A DNA stretch of 64,000 nucleotides, taken from positions 1,550,001 through 1,614,000 of the forward strand of contig JAYWIR010000004.1 of the NCBI GenBank assembly GCA_036172245.1, given 5' to 3'. The stretch comes from Raillietiella orientalis (lineage: Eukaryota). Of this stretch, positions 52,754-64,000 are shown piece after piece. The stretch's first letter is position 1; each line of letters starts with the position of its first letter. The position numbers were made by a program, and so were the translations under genes. The notes beneath the pieces are model-generated. The model saw nothing but the letters and a program-made list of their open reading frames with translations, searched no databases and was not told the DNA's origin.

Positions 52754-53008
52754 CAACTCCTGTTTTGTTCGTCTACGAGGCTCGGCAGAACAGGCTCAAA
52801 TCAGATTACGACACCATTTTTTTGACGGACTGCCAACCTGCGAAGTGGGACAGCTCGGCTGACAGAATATACAACATCATCAAATTCATCTTCCTCTATG
52901 TGTTCCCTCTGACTCTGATGTCATTTGCCCACTTCCACATATTTTCGGTTTTGTGGAAGAAGGAAAACATCCCCGGGCACTTGGAGGCAGAATCCCGCCA
53001 TATGTGCA
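52754..53008 (+). CDS. Allatotropin/orexin-type GPCR, coding exon 3 (ECL2, TM5, start of ICL3)
   Basis: Acceptor cttctcttccag|CA. Encodes (A)TPVLFVYEARQNRLKSDYDTIFLTDCQPAKWDSSADRIYNIIKFIFLYVFPLTLMSFAHFHIFSVLWKKENIPGHLEAESRHMC, with the ECL2 Cys and TM5 Pro. Donor A|gtaagt; phases 1/1. Confidence 0.9.
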
Positions 53009-55964
53009 GTAAGTTCTCATTTTCGAGATGGTACGAATGTCGAAGTTAAGAAGGCGGTCGGACTTCTTCCTGGCCAATAAACCGCAAAGAGTGGATCGTT
53101 TGCTGCCACGCGTTCCGCAGCGAGGGTTCCTCACACCATTCCGGGAGGCGAGACTTTGGAGCTTGTCCCCACCCGCGGCGGAGCAAAGATGATTTTTGCC
53201 CGTGTCGCCCACGTCCTGCCAAAGGAAATCCTTCAAACGGTCGATAAGCTTTGCCTTGCTGCAATTCAACTATCATCTGTGATTTTGGGATCTTTTTTTT
53301 TTTGTCAGTAATGGGTCGTTCATATACAGAATTCAGGGACGAAAGTTGTGCGCTCTCTCATTAAGATTACTGGGAAATCTGTTGGTTCCAGAGTGCCCCG
53401 TCCGCCGTCCTACAGGTGCGAATTTTCGTACTCAACTTTCGTGCATTTCTCGTGGCATCCCTTTCGCTTCTCGAGTTTTCCCTGGTATATGGATTCTTAA
53501 GGAAGAACCCTACAAAGTTAACAGCTGCCCATGAAGGATAAAAAGTGCTCCATTCTCATGAAACACCCGAGCCTTTTCATCCGATGGTGCGGGTCAGAAG
53601 TTTTTTTTACTTTTTTTTTTATCTTTCACACAAAAATGAAGAACCTTCTCACTGGTACTGTGGATAGGTCGGATTCAGGGTGCTATTTAGGGACGTTGGC
53701 GAGCTACATTCGTTGTGTTACGTAGAGAGACCAAGGAAGGAATGTCGGAACGTTCTTGGGAAGGTTAGGATTGGCACTCTTAGAGCAATTGAACAGAAAG
53801 TTTGATGTGGTGGAAAGAGGTCTATTCTGTTCCGATGTACACGTTTCTAATTCCCTCAAGAAGTGCTCCACCTAAACGCGCATAGAGTCATAAGGTCATT
53901 CAGACTATTAAAAAAAAAAAAAAATGTATAAAACGTAATGAAGAAACTGCAGCATAAGAACATCGTGGTATTCAAATGGTATAAAATTAACGTTTTAAAG
54001 ATCCCGGTATAAATTGCATTCCATTCAGAGAGCCCACATCAATTGCAACCTTAGCAATGCGCGCTAAATCATCAATGCATTCGTTCCTAAGATTACGTTC
54101 CAACTTTAATGTTTTGATTATGATTTGCCCTCATGACATCCAGGAAATCTATTGATTTCTCCATGGATTTATAGGAATCATCAATATCTAAAGGTGCGGA
54201 AGCAATACCCTGCTATGATTATAGTTTTCATGTATCAGATCTTCATACAGAACTTAGATTTAAAGTTCTCCCGCACAGTAAGTCGCCTTTATGCTGTCTT
54301 CTTTTTATAAGTACCCTCGACTGTTTCCTTAGTAGTCGACGCACAGCGCATGCATCCCGAGCCAAATTTATGTATCAAGGACTGCACCCATATAACATTT
54401 AATCACAGTATGCTGTTGCCATGCATGGCTGCAATGAGCTTTAGTGAGCTCCGTGTCATATCATTTCCATTATCCCAAGTAGAATGGAGACAGACCCTTT
54501 CTTAGCTGAGCCCTGGTTTTGTCTTCTGCGGCCGTAAAATTAAAAAGCGACTTTGATGGAATTCGTTACTTTGGTCAGTTGATTTACTAATTGTCCCTCT
54601 GTCCTTTTCTTCAGACGCATTGCGACCCTCTACAGCTAGAGTACAACATGACACTTGCCTAAGATGGATGCAATTCTATATGTTCGATTCGATGAAGTGC
54701 CAAGTTTTTCAGCTTTTAGGTTTCCCTCGCTCAATTATTCATCTAATTTCTCAGAGCTTTGCTGTGTTTTTGAAACTGTACGGAAGGAGATGTAATGATA
54801 CTAGACTAATGTTTAATACTACTGTGGTAAATCATTATATACAATGTGATGGATGGTCAACCGATCATCCATCAAACGTTGATCCTTACACTCGATGGTT
54901 TCGGCGCATTTTCGGCTGCAACTGGTATTCCGAGCTCCCTGGCTTCTGCGTGGAAAGCACTTAACGCCCTCAGATTCGCAAAGCTATGGAGAGAGGCTGA
55001 GGTTAAAGAAACTGAACTTGTATTCGAAACATTAATGAAAAGCCTACTGTACAACTGTATAGCGTCCCCCCTTTTCCGTATTTGTCCGCATGAAAGCATG
55101 CCAGGCTGTGTTTCCTGTAATTCCACGTTTGGCAGTACACTCCTTGTTCCTTGTTCGCGAATGGTTCGCTGACTTTCCCTTGTGTTCTGAAATTGAGGCA
55201 GCAGCACTCCTTTTCATGCTTTGCCGCACTGAGTCGGCTGTCCAAATATGAATTCGCCTCCCAGGGCTTCCTGGAATCCTGCTTTTTTGCTTCCTCAACA
55301 GAGGAACAGTCCCCGCGATGGGCTCAGGGGGCGCAAGGGAAGAAACGAAAACAAGGGCTTTCCGAAGCAGTTCTGCCTTTTTCGATCACCAGTGTGGGTC
55401 CTGAAGGTCACACACCTCGCTTCTTTGCTAGGTGAATTTGTGCTCTCAGTGTTTCACTCGACGAAACAAAACATGTGACCTTTGGAATTGACATGTTGCT
55501 CTTCTTCTTGCATAGCTGTGATTCACATATTAACTTGCCCCATAAATCCAAGTGCACATCCAAGTGGGTCATCTTCTGCATTCCATGACTGAGATCATAA
55601 CGAAGAAAAGCTTACATTTGTTCCTTCCTCTTGATTCGAAAATGGCAATGTCCAGGGTTTCTCCAATGCTTGGAGGGAGCAGTGTCCCGTCTGCCAGCAA
55701 CGAGAGGTTCTAAGGTTGGATCTTCAACTCTTACCAACTTTTCCTTTTGCTCCATTCCCGAAAATTTAAGAGATTTTTTGGTAATTTCTCATCATACCCG
55801 TTTCGTCTTCGTTTTCCATCTTCTCATCTTCTGTCCATTCCTGCACTGATTTCATGAGTTGGCATCTGTCGAAGAGCTCTCACTGTTTCCTCGCACAAAT
55901 GCATTTGTAATTTGAAATTGAAAACAGAAGTGTTATTTGAAATTGTGCACCTGCCTTCTGGCAG

Positions 55965-56145
55965 TAGCTCATTCTCCTCATTATCCAGATTCTGGAGAAA
56001 CCATGAAGAAAGTCTTTCGTTACTCAGTCAACAAGACGACTGAATCTCAGCTACGTTCCAGACGGAAAGCAGCAAAGATGTTGCTGGTAGTGGTCCTTCT
56101 CTTTGCTCTTTGTTACATGCCAGTTCATCTTATTGAAATACTCAG
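55965..56145 (+). CDS. Allatotropin/orexin-type GPCR, coding exon 4 (ICL3, TM6)
   Basis: Encodes ...TTESQLRSRRKAAKMLLVVVLLFALCYMPVHLIEILR (RRKxAKML, CYxP). Donor AG|gtgtg (phase 2). The start may be 55965, 55968 or 55989, since all three AG acceptors are in frame. Confidence 0.88.
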
Positions 56146-59100
56146 GTGTGTTCCTTTTTTGTTTTTCCAGGCTCCACAAGCTTCAACAACAAGTCGATCA
56201 TTCTGCATCCTTTCATTTTCCGTCTCCATATGATTTTCGAATTCGAATTAAGTTAACTTTCTCAACCGGCTTTAATTTCCATGCATTTTCTTTGTCCTGA
56301 TGCTCAGCCTGTTCTTGTGCGGTCGATAAGCAATCCCGAGCATGGATGCACATACATACACCCACATGTATGAACATACAAATGGAATGCATACGTGCGT
56401 ACAAAAGAATGCAGATTGAAATTGTACTCATAATGTATACATATGCCATGTTTCATGCTTATAGTGCATACTGTACGCATAATGTTTTGAAATCCCTGAT
56501 CATATTTAAAGGATAATTATGAGCATCATCACTTTCCATCTTAATCACTTCAGCGAACCGAAAAATTTTGTCGTTTGAGTGATCAAAGGTTTGAGTTACG
56601 AGGGACCTGCGTTTCGGGTGTTCCTCTCGGTCATGCCGAATCTGCTGCAGAAATCTTCACCCACCAATCATGAACACTCAGGAGTGGAGAGGACACGAGT
56701 GTGAAGCCCACTGACTTGGCAGTTTATGAAACAGAAGTCTTCAGTGTCAAGTGTTAAATTACAATCCAAAAACTTGAAGAATCTCCGGAGAAAGTGGATA
56801 TTTTCCCTCATTTAATCATGGATAAAAAAAAAAGCTCCATAATAAGCAGAACTTGTTTCTCTAATTTCGTGCAGAGTGTATCTCACGTTGATTTCATTAA
56901 AACTGTATATGGGTCTTTAGATGATAATACAAATGGGTGATCTCAGAATGCAGGAATCTCCTCTAACGAAACGCAACCTAGATCACTTCATTGGGGAAAA
57001 AAAAAACACAGCCGACTTGAGATCTAAAAACTAAACTGACGCAGATTGACCTCAAGAGAAGACAAATTATTGCACTGCGGATTCAAAATGTGACGTAGCT
57101 CTGTAGAGTTTCTCCATCTCCACCGGAGTGGATCACGATTTCCAGCTCAATGAAATTCTGAGAGGAGCTGAAAAGTCTTCAAAAACTGTGTCATCCGAGG
57201 TAGTGCATCTCAAGGAAACTAGTTCCAAGAGACCTTTGAAGTGGAATATGATGGTATCTGCATGGCCACGACGGTTTTATCTTATGCAGTCTGATATGCA
57301 ACGAAGCCAGAAAAGCAAGAAAGATTCACTTTTGGATATCGAGGCCCCAGATTCCTTCCACATACCTAGCCGGTATGTTGCGAACTGTAGAAGAGAAAGC
57401 CTTGGTTCCTCCTACTTTCCGATGGAAACCTCTTGTATGCCACCGTATGCGAAGGCAAAGCACCTGGATGGCCGTGTCCTCGCTCACCGAAGAGCCTAAA
57501 CAACTTTGGTCTAACAAAGTTGGTAAGGAATGCTTTGAAAACTGTAGAAGGCCTCAAAAATCATTCCGGGAATCTACTTTCCATCAGCAGCTGTTTTATT
57601 TCCATGGAGCAGAAAGCTTAATTACCTCTCGATGGAAACTGGAAAATGAGAATAACATTGAAAGACTTTTCCTGCCTACCGACAAACTCCTTATCCTTTT
57701 GATTGCTTACAGATCTGGTAAACTTGAGAGAAAAAAGGAAGGTATCTTTCGGCGGAGGCATCAGGAAGCACGGATCTTGAAAGAAAAAGGTACATTACTC
57801 TTCCACTTGAAGGATCCGGTGACTCGGAAAAACAAGGAAGCAATGATGAAGAAAGAACCCTGCATTTTGCTTCCATAGGTGTCAGCAGAAAAGATTTAGA
57901 AACAAAATGGGGTGATAAGGGCATTTTCAAGTTTCCTGCCGAGTGGCCATTTGTTTTTATCATTATTTTTTCTTTTGGACATTCTTCAAATTACGAGGTT
58001 TTCTTCTGAATCAAAGGATCGTTCAACTTCAATTTCTTGCAAAAGTCATGTCCACGCCTTTCCCGGAAATCAACGCTGCCTATAACCAGAAGCACAGAAT
58101 GAGGTTCCCACAGTCACGTAAAGCAAAATGGGCCTCTGCAGATGGCGATATCTCCAGATCAGCACAGAGGATTTTTGGAAAATTCTCTTGTCATATTAAG
58201 AAATCAGCCGATATGTATGCTGCCAATTCGGCGAATCCGAAATCTGGGAAGATTGCCGAGGATGAGAAATGATCCTCAAAAAAGAAGGTCGCTCTACGAA
58301 TTACCAAATCAAGGATCCAGCGTATGAATTCGATTACAAAACAGTCCAGAATATTCCGGGAAATCGAGCATCCCCATCAAGCCGCTTGTTCTCGCCGGAA
58401 TCATCGTGAGTCAAAAGCTGCCTTTACTCTTGGGAAAGGATCACTTATTTTTTCCGGGTTCTCGGGCGCGGGTCCACCGCAAGTCGAAACGCGCCGCTTG
58501 CTTCGTTTCGGCGGGCTCTCGGAAGGCTTTGCGAGGCCCCTGCGGCTTGGTCAAGTGTGCCGGTGGCAACCTACTCTGAAAGAAGCTTGCGATCTCAGAG
58601 TTTCAGATGATCTGCAGGAGGCAACCGAAAAGACTTTGATCGTAACAGCATCTTCTCTGTTACCAAGTCGGTGGTTTTACGTGATGCCATCTTTGCGATT
58701 TTACGTGGATTTCCCTTAAAAAACTGATCGCTACTTTGCCACATGCGCTTTCCTTTGGGATAGCATTGAGAGACGAGCGGTTGAAGCATATGTGTTTGTT
58801 TGCTGTTGTTGGCCTACCATGTGTGAAAGCAATTCTTTACTTCTAAAGGGAATCATCATTAGCTGTTGCTGATTGCTAATTACTATCGATATTTGCAAGT
58901 CAAATTGACATCATAATTTCCCAGATTTTAAATCATGATTCCTCTTTTTGATGCTACCAAAACGGATTAGAAAAGAAAAAAAAAAAAAAAAAGGGACGCA
59001 AACACTTTACAATTTTGCACATTTCTCTATTTACGCATCACATACGAAATATTTGAGAAGCGAATGCAGAAGTTTCGGAAGTAATGAAAGGGAAAAAATG

Positions 59101-59253
59101 GCAATACAGCAAGAAAGTCTTTGTTCTAAGGTTCTAAGAAAAGTCTTGTTCTCAAAACACTGCTTCTACTCAAGTACGTCAGTTGCAAGATTCTGTCATA
59201 ACTCTCTGGATTTTACACAAATCACTGAATACACTTTGAAAATGCAAACGCAC

Positions 59254-60103
59254 GCCCGCGTTGGAGGCCGTGTGGTTACGGTGGTCTCCGCGCGCGGCGC
59301 CATGCGTCGTGGGTTCGAAGACACTCGGAAAGGAATCGACGCAGTGCGGAGTGGGTTCCGAGTTCACCCCACAAGATGACCTGGTTGGCCTACATTCATC
59401 CGGGTGCGGCGGCAGTGGTAACGGTTAAAACCGGGTGCCCCCGATGAGGACCGGGACAAATGGGAGTCGACCTCCGGGTCCTTCCAGGAATCACGGAGTG
59501 GAAAGTTTCCCCTCCGGTTGTGAAGGAGCGGACCCCCTGTTCCGGGGGGGGGGAACAGGGGTCCCCCCCATAACAGTGTGGCAAGGAACGGACTACCCTC
59601 CGCGCCGTACTGATAGAGTAGGTGTTCGCCACCACCTCTCCAGAGAGTGGAGAGAAGAGAGCCGATCCCTTCGGGGAAGCTGAGCCCTTCCGAATTTCGG
59701 AAGCGTCCCTTCTGGGTTCTTTTCAGAGGAGTAAAAATAGGAGCGGATCCCTAGCGGGAGATCCCTCCGCAGAAGAAATCCCAGGATCGGATCCTTTCCG
59801 GGTTCCCTTCAGAGAAGAAAGAATGGAGCGGCCCCCCACCAGGGGTCCTCCGGAGAGAATAAGGAAGGAGATTCCCTTCTGGATTCTCCTTCGGAGACAA
59901 TCAGGGTGTAGGTGATCTCGATTTCCGGGGATGCCTCCCCAGGCGTGAGAGGAACGGACTCCGAATCCTTTCTGGATTCATAGGGCGGACCCCTTCCGGG
60001 GTTACCCCCTATCTCCGAGGAATTATTTACCCTCGGATGGAATGGAACCGTGCCGAAGAACTGCGAAGACAGAAAAGAAGGATTTCCATCATCCATGAAA
60101 TGC
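59254..60103 (+). mobile_element. tRNA-headed SINE-like element, long hairpin-rich copy (GPCR intron 4)
   Basis: gtgtggttacggtggtctccg...gggttcgaa (59311-59319). A GC-rich block sharply bounded by AT-rich intron, with many short stem-loops, homologous to 41536-41921. Confidence 0.65.
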
Positions 60104-62198
60104 ATTTGTGTATATATACAAATTCATGCAGGTATGAATATATACATTTATGTATTTACATTTCCAAAATGTATTCACTGATTGTCTAAACATTGTTGGA
60201 TCCTATATTATGTATATGTAGTAGGATTTAAAAAGTCACAAGAAATCAGATTACGGATTGATGAAAACAAAAGTTCTTCACAGACACCGATTTGCCATAC
60301 GGCTTCGAGTCGGAGTGCATTTAGTGAGGCTCAAAAATAAGTTAAAATAGGTGCTATTGGTCCATGACAGTTTGGAGCACTTTAGGAAAATCGTGAACAT
60401 AGAAGATTAAATTGGTTTCTGCTGTTGCGCGTCCTTAATTCTACAAAATATTTTGCATCTATCCGAGATATTTGAAGAACTTATGACAAACACGTGGCCC
60501 TGTTTTTGTCAACTTCTTCCTACGGGTTACTTGGTTTCTCTTATGGAAAAAAGAACAATACCTCCTTATATCAGGAAACGGGAGGTTTGTCGAATGCATT
60601 GAATGAGTAACAAAAAAGGCGGGAGCTGTGGTCCAGCGTCGACCTGGTCATGTTAGACCTGTTTTATCGAAAGTTGAACCAATCACTGTAAGCTTTGGGC
60701 GGAGTGGATATCTCTGACAGTATTCCTATTCATTCATCATTCGGGCTCACCAGTTTGGTATTTTGACCATGCTTTCAAAAAAAGATAAAACAAACAAACA
60801 AGCATGCTGCCTAGTTTTACAAAAATCGAAGGAGAAACCCTAAAACTCTGTAGAGTGGAATTCTCTTTGGACAATTTTGGACATATCGAGCTCGAGCTAA
60901 AACGAGTATTTATGAATCGTCATTCCCGAGGAAGCTGTGATTGCGTACCAGGATTGCATGCCGTATCTGAGCGAAATGAGATGCACGTCTGCATGACCGA
61001 CATACCCAATGATAGAGGGGGGAAAAAAATCCATTCCTTGAACACTTTTCTGTAGATGCTACTCAGGTTTCAAGGCCCAGATTTAACACACATCAAGATT
61101 AAAAGAACATGATTAAACTTTCATTGGAAGGATCAGACAATTTATGCTTCTCTAGATGCTCTGAGAAGGTCAGGAGCTTCAGAAAAACAAGAGTAAAAGG
61201 TAAATGCAATATTATCAAAGCTCAAGCAGGGATCTCTGACATCTTTCCTTCATCGTGATGGTGTCCATCATAACCTTAAAAACTTCCTGGCGCATAACCT
61301 TCCTTTCTCAGCTCCAGCGCACATCCAATAAAGAAACCATGAATCGGATCTCCAAAGACCATCAGTAGTAGTTAGGTCCAGATCATGCGTACTCATCCCA
61401 AGAAAGAGTCCAGCTTTGTTTCACCCCATTACGAATTAAGCACCAGAGTAAGAATTCATCTGAGGAGTCAGTAATTGAGCTGAGTCGAGCTTGAGGATCG
61501 CAGTTGCAGCGTTCGCAGCCTCAACGAAGGCATCCTTTGAACCAAGGAGCGCTCGGCTCCATTTTTACGAGAATCCCGTGATTTTTCGCAGCTCCTCTGC
61601 TTAAAGCGCCGAAGAAATCATGCTGTGGCTGGAACACAAACACAGAAAAAATGCCGCTTTTCCACAAGATGAGATGCATGGATCATTTGTTTAGTAAATA
61701 TAACTCAATTATAAGAGTGTCAGTTGGATGTCTTTCAGAGAGAATCGTTGCTGCAGCAAACAGTCGGTTCCCACACTTTGTAATTCTTCGCCTCCTAAGT
61801 CACGCATAAACTATACACATTTTCCCGCCGCCGTGAGAGACAGTTGTCTGGGTAACAACAGTTCGGGGCAAAATCATCTGTGTCGGAAATTCTGGTTTCC
61901 AATGAAAATCACATGTATTACATTCCTCGACACAGTGAACCGATAACAAACTGCGGCAAATAAGTGGCAATAAGCTGCGTTTTGATAGAACCTCATACAT
62001 CTAGCAATAGAGTACATTAAGATGTGATGAAAACACAAGAGAGCACTCTCGAAAGCTAAAAAGAGTGAACTCATCTGAATAATGCCAGTTTTTTTTTTTT
62101 CAATCCATCATTCCATTAAATTTGAATGCTTCTGTGATAACTCCATTTTCGATGTAATCCTAGCAAAAAAAGAGATAAAAAGACCTTTATATTTTCAG

Positions 62199-62305
62199 GC
62201 CGGTGATACCAAATAACCCAACGACTACAACATTGGCAGCCATAGCGCATTGGTTGTGCTATGCCAATAGTGCTGCGAATCCCATAATATACAATTTCAT
62301 GAGTG
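62199..62305 (+). CDS. Allatotropin/orexin-type GPCR, coding exon 5 (ECL3, TM7); not in the supplied ORF track
   Basis: Acceptor tatattttcag|G. Encodes PVIPNNPTTTTLAAIAHWLCYANSAANPIIYNFMS, with HWLxYANSAANPIIYNF matching orexin-type TM7/NPxxY. Donor G|gtacgt; phases 2/1. Confidence 0.92.
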
Positions 62306-62510
62306 GTACGTTTCTTTCAAATAATGCAATCAGCGCATGGTAATTGCTACTTGAACTGCAGGACCAAGTAGGAAGAGTTTTCTCTTCAGAGACGCGATTG
62401 GTGAAGCAGGGAAACTGGGAAGAATGCATGATAATTATCTCTAGAAATTCTCTAATCGTGACCGTAAATTTTCTTTTTCTCTCTTTTCTTCCATGCCTTT
62501 TTTTTTTTCT

Positions 62511-62668
62511 TTTTTTCGGAAGCGGAATTGACGTTTTAATAGATTAAGGTCATCCCCGAACGAACAGAATGGCGATCTTTTGTTTTTTTTTTGCGTGTGT
62601 TTTTTTCGAAATCAGCAATTTGACGTTTTGGTCGATTAAAGTCATCGAGATCCCCCGGAACGGACAGG
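62511..62668. repeat. Short diverged tandem duplication (about 60-70 bp unit after poly-T)
   Basis: ttgacgtttt...gattaa.gtcatc...ccc.gaacg.acag occurs twice. Confidence 0.65.
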
Positions 62669-62697
62669 AGGACGGCCTGTTTGTTAATTTGGTTCAG

Positions 62698-62945
62698 AAG
62701 TCAGCACCACCCTCAAGCTGAAAGACTTCACTCGTTACTTGCGCGTTCGAGAACTGCAAACACCCCCGATGCAGAAGGGGGGAGGGGGCAAGAAAGAGAG
62801 TGAAACACGTGAACGTGCGGTCCTAGAGCCGGCAGAACTGAAAGAGCGTTGTATTCATTCCAGCTTCTTTCAAGAAAGCGTTCCTCAGAACGCTGCTCGT
62901 CTGCCGGAGGAAACCGATTGCGAAAAACCTCGCCTATACTTGTGA
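62698..62945 (+). CDS. Candidate terminal exon (C-tail) of the GPCR
   Basis: The ggttcag|AA acceptor is in phase with exon 5 and gives EVSTTLKLKDFTRYLRVRELQ...PRLYL*, for a 426-aa total. AATAAA follows at 63135-63140. It lacks the expected KFRxEF helix-8 motif, so it is uncertain. Confidence 0.35.
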
Positions 62946-64000
62946 AATGGAGATGAAGCAAAAAACTCGTGACTACAGGATCAGCAGCAGGCGATCAGCG
63001 GAAAGAGATGATGAGAATTTGTTATAGCACGGACGCCACCGTGCGAGCATCTCCCAAAGCAATCACTTGATAAACAGCCTAAGATGACGTACGAAACCTT
63101 GATCATAATGACAGTAACGACATTTGATTAAAGCAATAAAGTACTTTTGTAATATCAGCCATCAAAATGTATATGGGAGGGAATTATCAGCAGCCTAAAT
63201 GTGCTTCACCACCAGCATGCACCAAGATTTTAAATGCAAATCACACAACATATGCGCTCAATACCCAAACAACGCATAAAATACATTTTCATTATATAAA
63301 AAGCAGTTTTAAGGAGGATTACTCTGTGAAAACAAACAGAAACCACACTGCACCAGAGAGATTTAAAAAATGAACGTGAAGTTCAAGTAGTGAACCGACA
63401 TAACACGTTGAGTGGTAGAGAAAGGAGCCACCCTCTGATCAAGGCAAATGGAATCGACTTTGCTTTCCCTGGAACTAGGAAACCGGTCATCAGGTCCATG
63501 CTCTTCTCATCCGGAGAGCCTTTGTTGCTTTCTCGGTTCCATCTGCAAGGAGGAAGCGTCTTTCTCATCATTTCAGCGATGGCGTTTGCAGTCAAATACA
63601 GAATGCCAGGTGATGCTTTTCCTTCAGAGAACTTGAAGCGTTTCACTGTACTGTACATAACCGACGATTTCGCCCTTCATTTTTCTCTCGTGGCGCAATG
63701 TGGACGAGAATTCAAGAGAGGCTGTTTTTATGATTATTTATCGGTCCGCTTCGGGACAATCAAATCTGTCGACGTGTTTTACTATGCTGTTAACGAAATC
63801 TCAATCCCTCCTCCACTCTCGATTTGCATGTTGGGAACATGCATGGACCCTTGGCTGCTGCAAGATCTGGTTCGCACAGATCCGGAACCACTGTGAACAA
63901 GACAGCTCTCAGCGTCAACACAACTTTCGCTGGAGGACTTTCCATTATTCCTAATCCAAACCACGCCATTGGAAACGATTCCCTCCTAAATCCCAAAGCA

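Noticed and set aside
57128..58719. Cluster of 100-170 aa ORFs in intron 4 as a nested gene
   Set aside because: No recognisable domain or consistent splice structure; possibly decayed coding sequence.
59430..59570. Hammerhead ribozyme or RNase MRP/P core within the structured element
   Set aside because: ccgatgag and ggaaagtttcccc only partly match the consensus cores, the required helices were not found, and the motifs are not conserved in the second copy.

Overview
Eukaryotic (invertebrate, most likely arthropod) nuclear DNA. Most ORFs in the supplied track are shadow ORFs in repeats or decayed sequence. The one well-supported gene is a multi-exon allatotropin/orexin-type class A GPCR on the + strand. 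Five coding exons (29365-29706, 52253-52400, 52754-53008, 55965-56145, 62199-62305) join with GT-AG sites in matching phase and give TM1-TM7; the terminal exon is unresolved. Its 22.5-kb first intron holds a mitochondrial COX1 insertion (NUMT, invertebrate mitochondrial code), LINE remnants and a tRNA-headed SINE-like element; a longer, hairpin-rich relative of that element sits in intron 4. Upstream (1-29 kb) is a graveyard of L1/Tx1-like non-LTR retrotransposons. It includes one copy with a 15-bp target-site duplication and a twin-priming-type 5' inversion, a conserved 3'-terminal stem-loop shared by three copies, interleaved inverted repeats, and weak caspase-like and NACHT-like relics. No prokaryotic systems, CRISPR arrays, rRNA or intact tRNA genes were seen. 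Repeat boundaries are approximate and were set by eye.
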